The notes: a model not told the origin generated them from the letters alone. DNA of 64,000 bases from Eledone cirrhosa (GCA_964016885.1 OZ024752.1:3348001-3412000); one strand, 5' to 3'; shown: positions 1-18,647, counted from the first letter of the stretch. A program made the numbers and translations.

Positions 1-59
1 TTTATTTGTATATATATTATATAGTGTATGTGTATTTATATTTTGTTTATTTTTTATAT

Positions 60-310
60 CTTGATTCTCTGATGAAGATGAAGATGATGATGATAACAAT
101 GTTGATTATGTTGCGGATATGATGATACGGATGGTGATGATAATGATGATTATGATGATAATGAGAGAGATGATATCACGAAGTTGATGATGATGATAAT
201 CATGATGATAGTGGCGAAGATGTCAATGATGATAATGATAATGATGATAGTCCGGTGGTTGTTTGCAACCTTTACTGTTGTTTTCTATTATGCGGCAGTA
301 GTAGTAGAAG
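60..310. repeat. degenerate (GAT)n microsatellite
   Basis: Runs of gat/gatgat/gataat seen directly; explains the poly-M/I ORF 184..450. Confidence 0.9.
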
Positions 311-559
311 TAATACCAGTAATTATTTTATATATGCATATATATATATATATATATATCACTTTATGGTTTTCATTTCTCCAGAATTCCAGTTGCATCT
401 ATTCTGTTGGACTGTTCTATATCTATAGAGTTTCTTTGGCGCCATTCTAATCACCGTATTTCTCAAAGAATTATTTCATTTCATTCACAGTATGATTTCG
501 TTTCTATTCTCCACTGATTTATGGTAAATGTGGATTGTTGCTTGTAACTACTCCATCGT

Positions 560-1005
560 TGCTTCTCTTTCCCTCTCTCTCTTCCTCTCTCTCACTCCTT
601 CTCTATCTCTCTCTTTCTCTCTCTCCCTTTCTCTCTCTTCCTGTCTGCGTTTCTCTCTCCTTCATTTAATTTATTCTCTTAATCGTTTTTCCTCCTTCTC
701 TCACGTTGCCCTTTTTTTCGATTAAATTTCACGTGGTTTAATTGACATATCATCGCTAATATCATCGTCAGCCACACCACCTTCATCATCATTATCATCA
801 TCATCATCATCATCATCATCTTCGTCCTCTCCTTCCTCCCCGCTCATCGCCCTCGTCGTCATCATCATCTTTAACATTATTTTCATCAAGCTACTCCTCC
901 CCCATCGTCATCATTTTCAACTTCACTTTCATCCTCCTCTCCCCCCCCCCTCAACGTCGTTTTAGGCGTCATCATCATCATCATCATCATAATCATCATC
1001 ATTAA
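560..1005. repeat. (CT)n then (CAT)n degenerate simple repeats
   Basis: ctctct tract ~560-665 and catcatcat tracts ~760-1005. Confidence 0.9.
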
Positions 1006-1204
1006 CGAGGTCTTCAGCACCAACGTCGATTAGGTGCCAACTGCCCAGTAACCATCCTTGAATCTTCCATTCTTGTATATATGAAATGTAACAATTCCGA
1101 CTATCTGACTATATTTCATATAATTATAACCTACAAAATTAGCTTCTATCTATTTTCGGTTAAAAAAGGAAGTTGTTTATGTTGCACCACCGACAAGGCT
1201 TTAC

Positions 1205-1290
1205 TAGTTCGATCAACTCTATTGATTCTCGTAATATAAAGCGTATCTGACTGAGTACTCCACAAATATGTGAGCCTTTAAAGGCATTTA
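1205..1290 (-). mobile_element. very degenerate SINE fragment
   Basis: gatcaac...ctcgtaatataaagcg...ctgagtactccacaaatatgtg resembles, from memory, an octopus SINE body; not verified by search. Confidence 0.35.
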
Positions 1291-2118
1291 CAGGACTAGA
1301 TTTGAAAGAGAGTTGGCAAATTTACCTATAGGCCAGTTAATAAAAGTGCATTACGGTGGTGCTCCTTCAAAACAGGCTTTGACTTCAACCCACAAAAATG
1401 TTGACTATGCACTTCTCATCTCCTCAAGATCAATAAATTGCATAGCATTTTAAGGTAGCGGGCAGCTGTGTGCGATTTGAGTTCAAAATACAACTAGATT
1501 CTTAATAGGCGCCCACCATAAACAGCAGAATGTGGTGTATAAAGCAACTCTTTGACCAACAAGTCAACATCAAATAGATGATGTTAGGCACGGGCACATA
1601 TATGCACATATGCACATGTGACATTAATGAAGATTAAAGCATGAAGGAGTAACTAAGTAATCGATTGTTTTACGATCGTTTCAGTGAACAGAATTATTGA
1701 TGTAGCGAAAAAGAGTAAATATGATCCCGGTTAAAATATGATTCATAAAATGTGTTTAGGTGTGTGAGTCCGTATGTATATGTGTGTATACATTATACAT
1801 TTACGTGTTATTTATATATGTGTTGTCTATCTTGCTATTCGAATTCATTTCTACGTGACTTGCTTACACATTTATTGAATAGAAATCTGACCGTTTCGAA
1901 GGATAGAGAGTGGAATTAATGGACTTCTTCAATAGTGTTTGTAAAGAGTTATATAATAACCTACGATTCGTCTGCACATTTTCTCTATGAAACTCTCGTA
2001 GAAAGGTTATTCCCTTCATATTGGTATAGCTGTATTGAAACGTTCGTAAGGAATAAATAATAACTTCTAATCCTTGACTTTCATAGAATTTGGATTATAT
2101 ATATATATATATATATAT

Positions 2119-2176
<58 letters not shown>

Positions 2177-2180
<4 letters not shown>

Positions 2181-2368
2181 GGCTTCTACAGGACGAGAAC
2201 TATTTCATTCGAAGGAAATCCTCAAGAAAGTGTTAATCAATCTAACCAATGGTTTCACCTTAAAGTTCTAGTCCTGTAGAAGCCGTTTCTATATTAAATA
2301 TCTATACTCTGCTATGTATTGAGTACCTTACTTACTGGGGTTACCCCCAGCCCCGATTGAACCCGGGA
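2177..2368. mobile_element. PLE-like terminal fragment, family B, fold-back with degenerate hammerhead
   Basis: IR aaatggcttctacaggacgagaact (2177-2201) / agttctagtcctgtagaagccgttt (2264-2288); homologous to 4958-5090; flanked by (GA)n and (CA)/(TA)n. Confidence 0.6.
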
Positions 2369-2375
2369 TACATAT

Positions 2376-2415
<40 letters not shown>

Positions 2416-2620
2416 GGACCTCTTATTTTTATCTAAAGACATTTTTTCTAATCCCATCCCGCCCGTCCCCCCAATCTATCTTATTTCTCATTCTTTCTTC
2501 TGATGAAGGACTAACGTCCGAAACATTAAGGCCATCTTCCTGCTATATCAAGCGTTAATCTAATATATCCCTTCCATATACTGTACCGATTGTGTTGTTA
2601 TTTCTGTTTACCTTTTACAT
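2416..2620 (+). mobile_element. PLE-like 3' fragment, family A, with hammerhead motif
   Basis: CTGATGA-A-GGAC-taac-GTCC-GAAAC at 2500-2524; homologous to 41626-41825(-) and 53097-53300(+); inside (TA)n. Confidence 0.75.
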
Positions 2621-2631
2621 ACATATATATA

Positions 2632-2716
2632 TATTAAAATACAAATATTAATAAAATAGATGTTCTTTTGATCAGTTACATTTTATTATACATATTTCGG
2701 GTGTACAACAGTACGT
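2632..2716 (-). mobile_element. PLE-like fragment, family C
   Basis: Closely similar to 26888-26975 and to the reverse complement of 27254-27338; between (TA)n runs. Confidence 0.6.
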
Positions 2717-2724
2717 CCTTTTTA

Positions 2725-2772
<48 letters not shown>

Positions 2773-3739
2773 ATTGTAACGTCCAGTTACTGTCAGTAAT
2801 TATTATTAGTATGTGTGTATATATATACTGTCTGTGAAATATCGCATGATTCTACATCATGAAAATGTATCCATTTGTTAGTTGGGCTATCATAGATTAT
2901 TCCATTCATTTGCCATTGTATGTTAGCCGCAATTTTATGAATATGACACGACGTTTCCCAATCATACGTTAGAAATTTAATTCGCTGAAATTATGAAATG
3001 CATTACAGAAAATTTCGATGAATTTATGGAACTATAGCAAACTTCAGTATATTGTTCAGAAATCACATGGAACCTTTATAGCAATTTTTCATTTACGATA
3101 TCCCGCTGATGCAGATTCATTGAAAATTTAAACGTAGAGATTCATTAAACCGAAATTATAGATATAGTTATTTTTACACATTAATATGCAACGGTTGGCG
3201 CCCGTGGCACTCTGATTGATTTCATATATAATAGTCTAAGAATGATCATGCATACATTAATTTGTCCTGCAACATGTTGCACAACATAGTTAAAAGCATT
3301 AAGTCCTATAAGTTTTTGTGTATAAATGTGTAACAATATTTATACATTATGATACACAGTTAAGTTTTGCCAACATCCTTTTGTTTTAATATTTTCTATT
3401 AAAAGTTGATTGATATTTAGAGATGTATAATGTATAACATTTGTACAATTACATAGACACAGTAATATAAGGGACAAAAACTGATGAATAGATCAAGACA
3501 CAATGTAAATGAGTTAAAAGTAGCTGCCAAGTATCCGTCTGTTCATACCCTATCGTGTTAAATAAGGCAAATAAATATTGGCTAATGTAGTAGAATCTAC
3601 ACTATACTGGGAATTAGAAAATAGTATAAGTAAGGAAATAACAACAATATAAACAACCACTACGACTCCATTAATTAATGCTTCATAATCATTTTATATA
3701 TCAGTTGTTGGCAATCTACGTCATCGCCTCATCTCTGGT

Positions 3740-3777
<38 letters not shown>

Positions 3778-4023
3778 TCATTTTTGCAAAGTCTATACAA
3801 ATCCACATTTCTACTACGATTGACTTCAAACTTGCATTTATATATTCTTTGCGGTCTAAAGATATTAACTGCAGCTTTTATTTTTCAATTTTCTGTTGTT
3901 AAAGGGGTGTTAGGCGCCGGTTATCGATCTCCGTCGAGACCTTATAATATCTGTCTGTATGTCTGTATGTCTGCATAACGACATTCTGACGAACACGTAA
4001 TTGCTGACGTATTATCTTCGCTA

Positions 4024-4064
<41 letters not shown>

Positions 4065-4123
4065 GCGCGCGCACACGCACACGCACACACACATATATAT
4101 ACACATATATACTTATATATATA

Positions 4124-4765
4124 TCTAAGGCGGGTAAAATTCCCGAGATCCATGGACGAGTTCTCTCCAGCGGTCTCTGTCCCTCATTATCGCTGCCATA
4201 TCCTGCATCTCCAACAGACCAGTGTCTGTCCTTAGGGCATTTAACATACGTTAACCTTGGTCTTCCTCTTCTAGTGTGTCCATGTAGGGGATCCCAAAGG
4301 AGCACTGAGTGCAATGTCAACTCTGGATGTCGGTGAGCATGTCCAGCCAACCTCAGTCTCCTTTGTGTCACTTTTGAGCTGACTTTTGGGATGCTCCCAT
4401 ACAGCTCTGAGTTTTTCATCCTCAGTGTATACTGATTAATGTTCAGAGCCATCCTCAGCATTCTCGTGTAGCACCCATCCACCATCTGAGTGAGTCTCTT
4501 GGTCAGTGTCCAAGTCTCAGACCCATACAGCAGCACAGACTCCACTACAGAAATGAAGAGGCGGATTTTCAGGTCTCTACGAAGGTCCGACTTCCACACC
4601 GATCTCAAGCTGTGACACGCCGTCCAGGCCTTGCTCTTCCTCTCAACCACATCATATTTTGTATTCCCAATCTTTGCTCCCAAATACAGGAAGTCCTCAA
4701 CCAATTCCAGCGGCTTCCCGCCTACATTAGTGATCCCCTCTGGCTTCTCAACATTCTGTACCAGA
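4124..4765 (-). mobile_element. 5'-truncated RTE-clade LINE (end of RT and C-terminus), inserted in (TA)n
   Basis: Translation FLYLG...[16 protein letters not shown]...[12 protein letters not shown]...RRLRLAGH...RRGRPRLTY is typical of RTE ORF C-termini; 3' end runs into (TA)n. Confidence 0.9.
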
Positions 4766-4917
4766 TATTTTTTATATATATATACACATATATATATACA
4801 CATATATACTTATATATACATATATACTTATATATACATATATACTTATATATACATATATACTTATATATACATATATATATACACATATATACATATA
4901 CACACACATATATACAC

Positions 4918-6050
<1,133 letters not shown>

Positions 6051-6100
6051 ATATATGTATCTATATGTATATATATATATATGTATATATATATATAAGA

Positions 6101-6215
<115 letters not shown>

Positions 6216-6335
6216 CATATATATATATATATATGTATGTATATATATATATATATATATGTATGTATATATATATGTATATATATATATATATATATGT
6301 ATGTATATATATATGTATATATATATATATATATG

Positions 6336-6400
<65 letters not shown>

Positions 6401-6402
<2 letters not shown>

Positions 6403-8001
6403 CTTTGAATAACTTTGAAATGTTTTGGCCAGTATTGGCCCAGGCCATGTCTAACTTAATAGCACCACCTGGCGAAGTCTTTCAATTCAGGATTTGGGCA
6501 CCATGGCCCATTCGAGAAGAGAATTACTGTTTGCGGAGACATATCCGGGTGTGGGTGGTTTGTCCGGGATTACTTGGAGGAATTTGTCCAAAGACTTCTT
6601 GAATTTTGTGTGGTCAGTTTCTGTTTTGACGTGTCCTGGTGTGATGTTGAAGAGAGCAGGGCCGATTGAGGTGAAATAATTGTGCCGTATTGTTGTTATG
6701 AGTTGCGATTTAGATTTTTGAATGGGACGGATAGCACGGGGCCCAAGCCTTGGGTGTATCTCGAAGGCGATGCCAACATCATTTGGGCAGTGATGATGGA
6801 ACATTTTCCACATCATGCAGATAATATAACGCTCACGGCGACGTTGGAGTGAGTAAAGTTTCAGGTTTTCCAATCGACCCCAGTAGTCAAGGTCTGACAT
6901 GCCATCTATCTTTTTCGTGATTGCCCTTTGAGGTGCTTCAAGTTTCATGATACTTTGTTTCGTGTGGGGAGACCACAGTGGACAACAGTATTCAAGGTGT
7001 GGTCGGGCGAAAGTAGAGAAGAGAAGGATAATGGTGCGGGAATCTCTCGACTGGAAGGTTCTGAGGATCCAGGAACACATTCTGCGGGCCATGTCAACTT
7101 TGCTGCTTATATGCGTGGTCCAGCTTATGTTGCTGTCCACGGTTACTCCCAAGTCTCTGATGTTGTTAGATGCCACGAGAGTTTCCCCGGAGGGAAGGGA
7201 GTACGGGAGTTTCAGAGCATCCTCTTTTCCAAAGTGGATCAGTTCGAATTTGTCTTCGTTCAGTAACATGTTGTTCTTTTCTGCCCATTGGGTAACAGCC
7301 AGTAGGTCTGACTGAAGGCTTATCCGGTCATCCACGCCATTGATGACCTTTTGGAGCTTGGAATCATCAGCGAAAATTTTAATGTTGCTGTGTTTGATGA
7401 TGTCAGTGATGTCATTAATATAGATGATGAAGAGAAGTGGGCCCAACACAGTGCCTTGTGGGACTCCACTACTGACTTTGGCTGGCTTGATTTGACTCCC
7501 TCAACTACAACATGTTGGGTTCTGTTTGACAGGAAGCTCTTGATCCACTGCAGCAGCTTTCCAGTGACACCAATATTGGACAGCTTTCTGAGTAGAATGT
7601 TATGATCAACCCTGTCAAAGGCCTTGCTGAAATCAAGGTAGATAACATCAGTGTTGGAACCCTCTCCCAAGGCTCTCAAAATGTCATCAAAGTGATGCAG
7701 TAGTTGCGTCAGGCAATCCCTTCCATTACGGAATCCATGCTGGTTGGAGTTTAGCATATTGTTACTCTCAAGGAAGTGGGTCATTCGCGATCTCACCACT
7801 CGCTCAAATACCTTAATGATATGAGAGGTGAGTGAGATTGGACGGTAATTCACGGCAAGGGATTTGTTTCCCTTTTTGAAAACTGGGACAACAGACTGGG
7901 ATAGAAGGTTTTCTGGCACATATCCAGCATCCAGTGAGTTCCGCCACAGATTGGCAAGAGGAGAAGCAAGTTGGTGTTGACACGCCTTCAAGACACAAGC
8001 A
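6401..8001 (-). mobile_element. 5'-truncated CR1-type LINE family 1 (RT domain plus 3'UTR)
   Basis: [56 protein letters not shown] motifs; tail ttcaaagttattcaaagtt then (AT)n. Confidence 0.95.
6487..8001 (-). pseudogene. CR1-type reverse transcriptase, partial, one frameshift near 7485-7490
   Basis: ORFs 7320..8456 and 6487..7449 join through a frameshift just before [11 protein letters not shown]; stop at 6487. Confidence 0.9.
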
Positions 8002-8023
8002 GATATATATATATATATATACG

Positions 8024-8068
<45 letters not shown>

Positions 8069-8069
8069 G

Positions 8070-8196
<127 letters not shown>

Positions 8197-8314
8197 GTAT
8201 ATATATACATATATGTGTATATATATATGTATACATATATATATATATACATATATATATATGTATACATATATATATATATATATACATATATATGTAT
8301 ATATATATGTATAC

Positions 8315-8367
<53 letters not shown>

Positions 8368-8398
8368 CATATATATATATGTATATATATATATATAC

Positions 8399-8431
<33 letters not shown>

Positions 8432-8488
8432 CATATATATATACATATATATACATATATATACATATATATATACATATATATACAC

Positions 8489-8619
<131 letters not shown>

Positions 8620-8649
8620 CATATATGTATATATATATATACATATATG

Positions 8650-8683
<34 letters not shown>

Positions 8684-8691
8684 CATATATG

Positions 8692-8764
<73 letters not shown>

Positions 8765-8765
8765 G

Positions 8766-8930
<165 letters not shown>

Positions 8931-8931
8931 C

Positions 8932-8964
<33 letters not shown>

Positions 8965-8985
8965 ATATATATATATATATGTATG

Positions 8986-9017
<32 letters not shown>

Positions 9018-9055
9018 TGTATGTATATATATATGTATATATATATATATATATG

Positions 9056-9138
<83 letters not shown>

Positions 9139-9139
9139 G

Positions 9140-9184
<45 letters not shown>

Positions 9185-9185
9185 G

Positions 9186-9310
<125 letters not shown>

Positions 9311-9428
9311 GTATATATATACATATATGTGTATATATATATGTATACATATATATATATATACATATATATATATGTATACATATATATATATATATAT
9401 ACATATATATGTATATATATATGTATAC

Positions 9429-9464
<36 letters not shown>

Positions 9465-9506
9465 GTATATATATACATATATATATATGTATATATATAT
9501 ATATAC

Positions 9507-9539
<33 letters not shown>

Positions 9540-9596
9540 CATATATATATACATATATATACATATATATACATATATATATACATATATATACAC

Positions 9597-9713
<117 letters not shown>

Positions 9714-9762
9714 TATGTTATATATATATATACATATATGTATATATATATATACATATATG

Positions 9763-9796
<34 letters not shown>

Positions 9797-9804
9797 CATA
9801 TATG

Positions 9805-9877
<73 letters not shown>

Positions 9878-9878
9878 G

Positions 9879-9910
<32 letters not shown>

Positions 9911-9930
9911 TATGTATGTATATATATATG

Positions 9931-10075
<145 letters not shown>

Positions 10076-10120
10076 GTGTATATATATGTATATATATGTA
10101 TATATATATATGTATATATG

Positions 10121-10169
<49 letters not shown>

Positions 10170-10170
10170 G

Positions 10171-10295
<125 letters not shown>

Positions 10296-10619
10296 GTGTA
10301 TATATATGTATATATATGTGTATATATATGTATATATATATATGTATATATATGTATATATATGTATATATATATGTATATATATATATATATGTATATA
10401 TATGTATATATATATACATATATATGTATGTATATATATACATATATATATATATATACATATATATGTATATATATATATATATGTATACATATATATA
10501 TATGTATATATATATATATGTATACATATATATATACATATATATGTATATATATATATATATATGTATACATATATATATATGTATATATATATATATA
10601 TGTATACATATATGTATAC

Positions 10620-10650
<31 letters not shown>

Positions 10651-10937
10651 TGTATACATATATATATACATATATATGTATATATATATATATATGTATA
10701 CATATATATATACATATATATGTATATATATATATATATATGTATACATATATATATACATATATATGTATATATATGTATACATATATATATACATATA
10801 TATGTATATATATGTATACATATATATATACATATATATGTATATATATGTATATATATGTATACATATATATATACATATATATGTATATATATGTATA
10901 CATATATATATACATATATATGTATATATATGTATAC

Positions 10938-10984
<47 letters not shown>

Positions 10985-11098
10985 ATATATGTATATGTAT
11001 ATTATATATATATGTATATGTATATATATATATATGTATATATATATATGTATATATGTGTATATATGTATATGTGTATATATGTATATGTATATATA

Positions 11099-11131
<33 letters not shown>

Positions 11132-11144
11132 ATGTATATATATG

Positions 11145-11177
<33 letters not shown>

Positions 11178-11186
11178 GCATATATG

Positions 11187-11287
<101 letters not shown>

Positions 11288-11302
11288 GTATATATATATA
11301 TG

Positions 11303-11333
<31 letters not shown>

Positions 11334-11439
11334 GTATATATATGTATATGTATATATATGTATATATATATATATATGTATATATATGTATATGTATATC
11401 TATATATGTATATGTATATATATGTATATATATATATGT

Positions 11440-11501
<62 letters not shown>

Positions 11502-11518
11502 GTATATGTATATATATG

Positions 11519-11556
<38 letters not shown>

Positions 11557-11579
11557 TATGTATATAAATATGTATATAA

Positions 11580-11622
<43 letters not shown>

Positions 11623-11628
11623 AATATG

Positions 11629-11660
<32 letters not shown>

Positions 11661-11668
11661 TAAATATG

Positions 11669-11700
<32 letters not shown>

Positions 11701-11808
11701 AATATGTATATATATATATGTATATAAATATGTATATATATACATGTATATATATATATATATATAAATATGTATATATATATATGTATATATATATATA
11801 TAAATATG

Positions 11809-11840
<32 letters not shown>

Positions 11841-11848
11841 TAAATATG

Positions 11849-11987
<139 letters not shown>

Positions 11988-12014
11988 GTATATATATATA
12001 TGTATATAAATATG

Positions 12015-12046
<32 letters not shown>

Positions 12047-12068
12047 TAAATATGTATATATATATATG

Positions 12069-12100
<32 letters not shown>

Positions 12101-12108
12101 TAAATATG

Positions 12109-12140
<32 letters not shown>

Positions 12141-12226
12141 TGTGTATATGTATATATATATGTATATATATATATATAAATATGTATATATATATATGTA
12201 TATATATAAATATATATGTGTATATG

Positions 12227-12288
<62 letters not shown>

Positions 12289-12311
12289 GTATATATATAA
12301 ATATATATGTG

Positions 12312-12650
<339 letters not shown>

Positions 12651-12670
12651 GTATATATATATATTATATG

Positions 12671-12802
<132 letters not shown>

Positions 12803-12818
12803 TGTGTATATATATATG

Positions 12819-12854
<36 letters not shown>

Positions 12855-12858
12855 TGTG

Positions 12859-12917
<59 letters not shown>

Positions 12918-12946
12918 ATACGTATATATATATAAGTTATATATAT

Positions 12947-13559
12947 TTTGTCCTAAGCCGCCTGGACTACTGCTCCCAGCTGTGGTCACCCCATAGTGTC
13001 AAACTAACCACAGAGCTTGAGGCAATCCAGCGAAGCTACACCAAGAGGATTACCAAGATGAGGGAGACAAGCTACTGGGAGAGGCTGAAGGAACTGAACC
13101 TCTACTCCTTGGAGCGAAGACGGGAGAGATACGCAGTGATCTACATGTGGAAAATCCTGGAGGGACTAGCACCAAACTTTGGCATTGGGAGCTGGACCAA
13201 CCGTCGAACAGGACGTCACTGTGTGGTGCCAAAGATCCCGTCTTCCAGAATAAGGAGCAGGTATTGCAATAGCCTGGGATTCAAGGGCCCTCAACTCTTC
13301 AACAGGCTGCCGAGGCATCTGCGAGACTTGCATGACGTGGAGGTGGATGTCTTTAAGAAACATCTCGACACCTTGTTATCCAGGATCCCGGATGAGCCCA
13401 CAGCAAGACACGAGGGAAACCTAAGGGCAGCAGCAACAAACTCCCTCCTACACCAGTGGCCAACCTATACAGGCTGGAGATAAAATGTGTAGCAACAAGG
13501 GCGGTGCCCCAGCATGGCTTCAGCCGGATGGCTGAAACAGGTAAAAGAGTAAAAGAGAA
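12947..13559 (+). mobile_element. 5'-truncated CR1-type LINE family 2 (ORF2 C-terminus plus 3'UTR)
   Basis: [14 protein letters not shown]...[13 protein letters not shown]...IPDEP; stop 13483; tail ggcggtgccccagcatggc...ctgaaacaggtaaaagagtaaaagag then (AT)n. Confidence 0.92.
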
Positions 13560-13561
13560 TA

Positions 13562-13864
<303 letters not shown>

Positions 13865-13877
13865 GTATATATATATG

Positions 13878-13988
<111 letters not shown>

Positions 13989-13999
13989 GTATATATATG

Positions 14000-14084
<85 letters not shown>

Positions 14085-14088
14085 TATG

Positions 14089-14140
<52 letters not shown>

Positions 14141-14336
14141 TGTATTTATATATATGTATTTATATATATATATATATATGTATTTATATATATGTATTTA
14201 TATATATATATATATATGTATTTATATATATGTATTTATATATATATATATATATGTATTTATATATATATATATGTATTTATATATATATATATGTATT
14301 TATATATATATATATGTATTTATATATATACATATG

Positions 14337-14393
<57 letters not shown>

Positions 14394-14464
14394 GTATTTA
14401 TATATATATATATGTATTTATATTTATATATATATGTATTTATATATATATATATATATATATG

Positions 14465-14559
<95 letters not shown>

Positions 14560-14604
14560 TTATATATATATATATATATGTATTTATATATATATATATA
14601 TATG

Positions 14605-14643
<39 letters not shown>

Positions 14644-14664
14644 TTATATGTATTTATATGTATT

Positions 14665-14707
<43 letters not shown>

Positions 14708-14734
14708 GTATTTATATGTATTTATATACATATA

Positions 14735-14766
<32 letters not shown>

Positions 14767-14787
14767 ATATGTATTTATATACATATA

Positions 14788-14828
<41 letters not shown>

Positions 14829-14965
14829 TTATATATATATATATATGTATTTATATATATATATATATATGTATTTATATATATATATATATGTATTTAT
14901 ATATATATATATATATGTATTTATATATATATATATATATGTATTTATATATATATATATATATG

Positions 14966-15009
<44 letters not shown>

Positions 15010-15014
<5 letters not shown>

Positions 15015-15400
15015 AATAAATAACAAAGAACGCTTATAGCATATGCATATCTTTACTTGCTAACATTGTTTCATCCGCACTATAAGTGGGACTCATCAGA
15101 GCATAAAGGTTAATTACATACCATACAAGCAATAACAAATCCAAGACATTGAAGAATGAAAGGTAATAATAGACGATAGAGGATAAGAATAAAAATAAAA
15201 ATAAAAGTAAAAATAAAAATAAAAATAAAAATAAAGTGCGGATGAAACAATGTTAGCAAGTAAAGATGTGCATATGCTATAAGCGTTCTTTGTTATTTAT
15301 TTATTATATTACGGCTCTGTCCTCAGACATTGAGCTAACCTCATACTGCCTGCTGGATAAGTGGAGTGTTATACACCCCTGATCCTTTCCCAAAGCATAC
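15010..15400. mobile_element. PLE-like fold-back element, family D
   Basis: IR ~15010-15081 / ~15235-15307; unique 3' tail to 15400; both ends in (TA)n; hammerhead on the minus arm. Confidence 0.75.
15051..15108 (-). ncRNA. type I hammerhead ribozyme
   Basis: cttta-TGCT-CTGATGA-g-TCC-CACT-tat-AGTG-c-GGA-t-GAAAC-aat-GTT^AGCA-ag-taaag: intact core, stems I-III pair. Confidence 0.8.
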
Positions 15401-15478
15401 TATATATATATATATGTATTTATATATATATATGTATTTATATATATATATATATGTATTTATATATATATATATATG

Positions 15479-15515
<37 letters not shown>

Positions 15516-15540
15516 TTATATATATATATATATATGTATT

Positions 15541-15585
<45 letters not shown>

Positions 15586-15652
15586 GTATTTATATATATA
15601 TATATATGTATTTATATATATATATATATGTATTTATATATATATATATATG

Positions 15653-15689
<37 letters not shown>

Positions 15690-15713
15690 TTATATAATAT
15701 ATATATATGTATT

Positions 15714-15747
<34 letters not shown>

Positions 15748-15778
15748 TATGTATTTAAATATATATATATGTATTTAT

Positions 15779-15811
<33 letters not shown>

Positions 15812-15813
<2 letters not shown>

Positions 15814-16504
15814 GGCCCCGCAGAATGTGTTCCTGGATCCTCAGAACCTTCCAGTCGAGAGATTCCCACACCATTATCCTTCTCTTCTCTACTTTTGCCC
15901 GACCACACCTTGAATACTGTTGTCCAGTGTGGTCTCCCCACACGAAACAAAGTATCATGAAACTTTAAGCTCCTCAAAGGGCAATCACGAAAAAGATAGA
16001 TGGCATGTCAGACCTTGACTACTGGGGTCGATTAGAAAACCTGAAACTTTACTCACTCCAACGTCGCCGTGAGCGTTATATTATCTGCATGATGTGGAAA
16101 ATGTTCCATCATCACTGCCCAAATGATGTTGGCATCGCCTTCAAGATACACCCAAGGCTTGGGCCCCGTGCTATCCGTCCCATTCAAAAATCTAAATCGC
16201 AACTCATAACAACAATACGGCACAATTATTTCACCTCAATCGGCCCTGCTCTCTTCAACATCACACCAGGACACGTCAAAACAGAAACTGACCACACAAA
16301 ATTCAAGAAGTCTTTGGACAAATTCCTCCAAGTAATCCCGCACAAACCACCCACACCCGGATATGTCTCCGCAAACAGTAATTCTCTTCTCGAATGGGCC
16401 ATGGTGCCCAAATCCTGAATTGAAAGACTTCGCCAAATCGTGCTATTAAGTTAGACATGGACTGGGCCAATACTGGCCAAAACATTTCAAAGTTATTCAA
16501 AGTT
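15812..16504 (+). mobile_element. CR1-type LINE family 1, 3' ~690 bp
   Basis: Near-identical reverse complement of 6401-7092; same ttcaaagtt tail; flanked by (TA)n. Confidence 0.93.
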
Positions 16505-16687
16505 ATATATGTGTACATATATGTATATATATATATGTGTACATATATGTATATATATATATATATGTACATATATGTATATATATATATATATGTACAT
16601 ATATGTATATACATATATGTACATATTTGTATATATATATATGTACATATATTTATATATATATATATATGTATATATATGTACATG

Positions 16688-16720
<33 letters not shown>

Positions 16721-16729
16721 GTATATATA

Positions 16730-16761
<32 letters not shown>

Positions 16762-16840
16762 ACATATATATATATATATGTACTTATATATATATATATA
16801 TCTATATACATATATATATATATATGTACATATATATATG

Positions 16841-16905
<65 letters not shown>

Positions 16906-16978
16906 GTATATATATATATGTATATATATATATATGTATATATATATATTATATATATATATATATGTATATATATAC

Positions 16979-17011
<33 letters not shown>

Positions 17012-17026
17012 CATATATATATATAC

Positions 17027-17373
<347 letters not shown>

Positions 17374-17393
17374 CATATATATATATATATATG

Positions 17394-17439
<46 letters not shown>

Positions 17440-17457
17440 CATATATATATATATATG

Positions 17458-17503
<46 letters not shown>

Positions 17504-17536
17504 CATATATATATATATATGTATATATATACATAT

Positions 17537-17568
<32 letters not shown>

Positions 17569-17586
17569 CATATATATATATATATG

Positions 17587-17622
<36 letters not shown>

Positions 17623-17655
17623 ATATGTATATATATACATATATATATATATATG

Positions 17656-17785
<130 letters not shown>

Positions 17786-17985
17786 NNNNNNNNNNNNNNN
17801 NNNNNNNNNNNNNNNNNNNNNNNNNNNNNNNNNNNNNNNNNNNNNNNNNNNNNNNNNNNNNNNNNNNNNNNNNNNNNNNNNNNNNNNNNNNNNNNNNNNN
17901 NNNNNNNNNNNNNNNNNNNNNNNNNNNNNNNNNNNNNNNNNNNNNNNNNNNNNNNNNNNNNNNNNNNNNNNNNNNNNNNNNNNNN
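17786..17985. other. assembly gap (200 N)
   Basis: Run of n. Confidence 1.
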
Positions 17986-18080
17986 TATATATATATGTAT
18001 ACATTATATATACATATATATATACATATATATGTATATAAATGTATACATATATATATACATATATATGTATATATATG

Positions 18081-18131
<51 letters not shown>

Positions 18132-18244
18132 ATATATGTATATGTATATATATATATATGTATATGTATATATATATATATGTATATATATATATGTATA
18201 TATGTGTATATATGTATATGTGTATATATGTATATGTATATATA

Positions 18245-18277
<33 letters not shown>

Positions 18278-18290
18278 ATGTATATATATG

Positions 18291-18323
<33 letters not shown>

Positions 18324-18332
18324 GCATATATG

Positions 18333-18433
<101 letters not shown>

Positions 18434-18448
18434 GTATATATATATATG

Positions 18449-18479
<31 letters not shown>

Positions 18480-18585
18480 GTATATATATGTATATGTATA
18501 TATATGTATATATATATATATATGTATATATATGTATATGTATATCTATATATGTATATGTATATATATGTATATATATATATGT

Positions 18586-18647
<62 letters not shown>

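Noticed and set aside
184-450. Poly-M/I ORF, similar poly-D/M/I ORFs at 56589-56832, and ctgatgaag at 69-77
   Set aside because: Products of (GAT)n/(CAT)n microsatellite; no stem II or GAAA follows the CTGATGA
3895-4025. ttaaagggg start and gtctgtatgtctg repeats (Kolobok- or Helentron-like)
   Set aside because: No matching second terminus found
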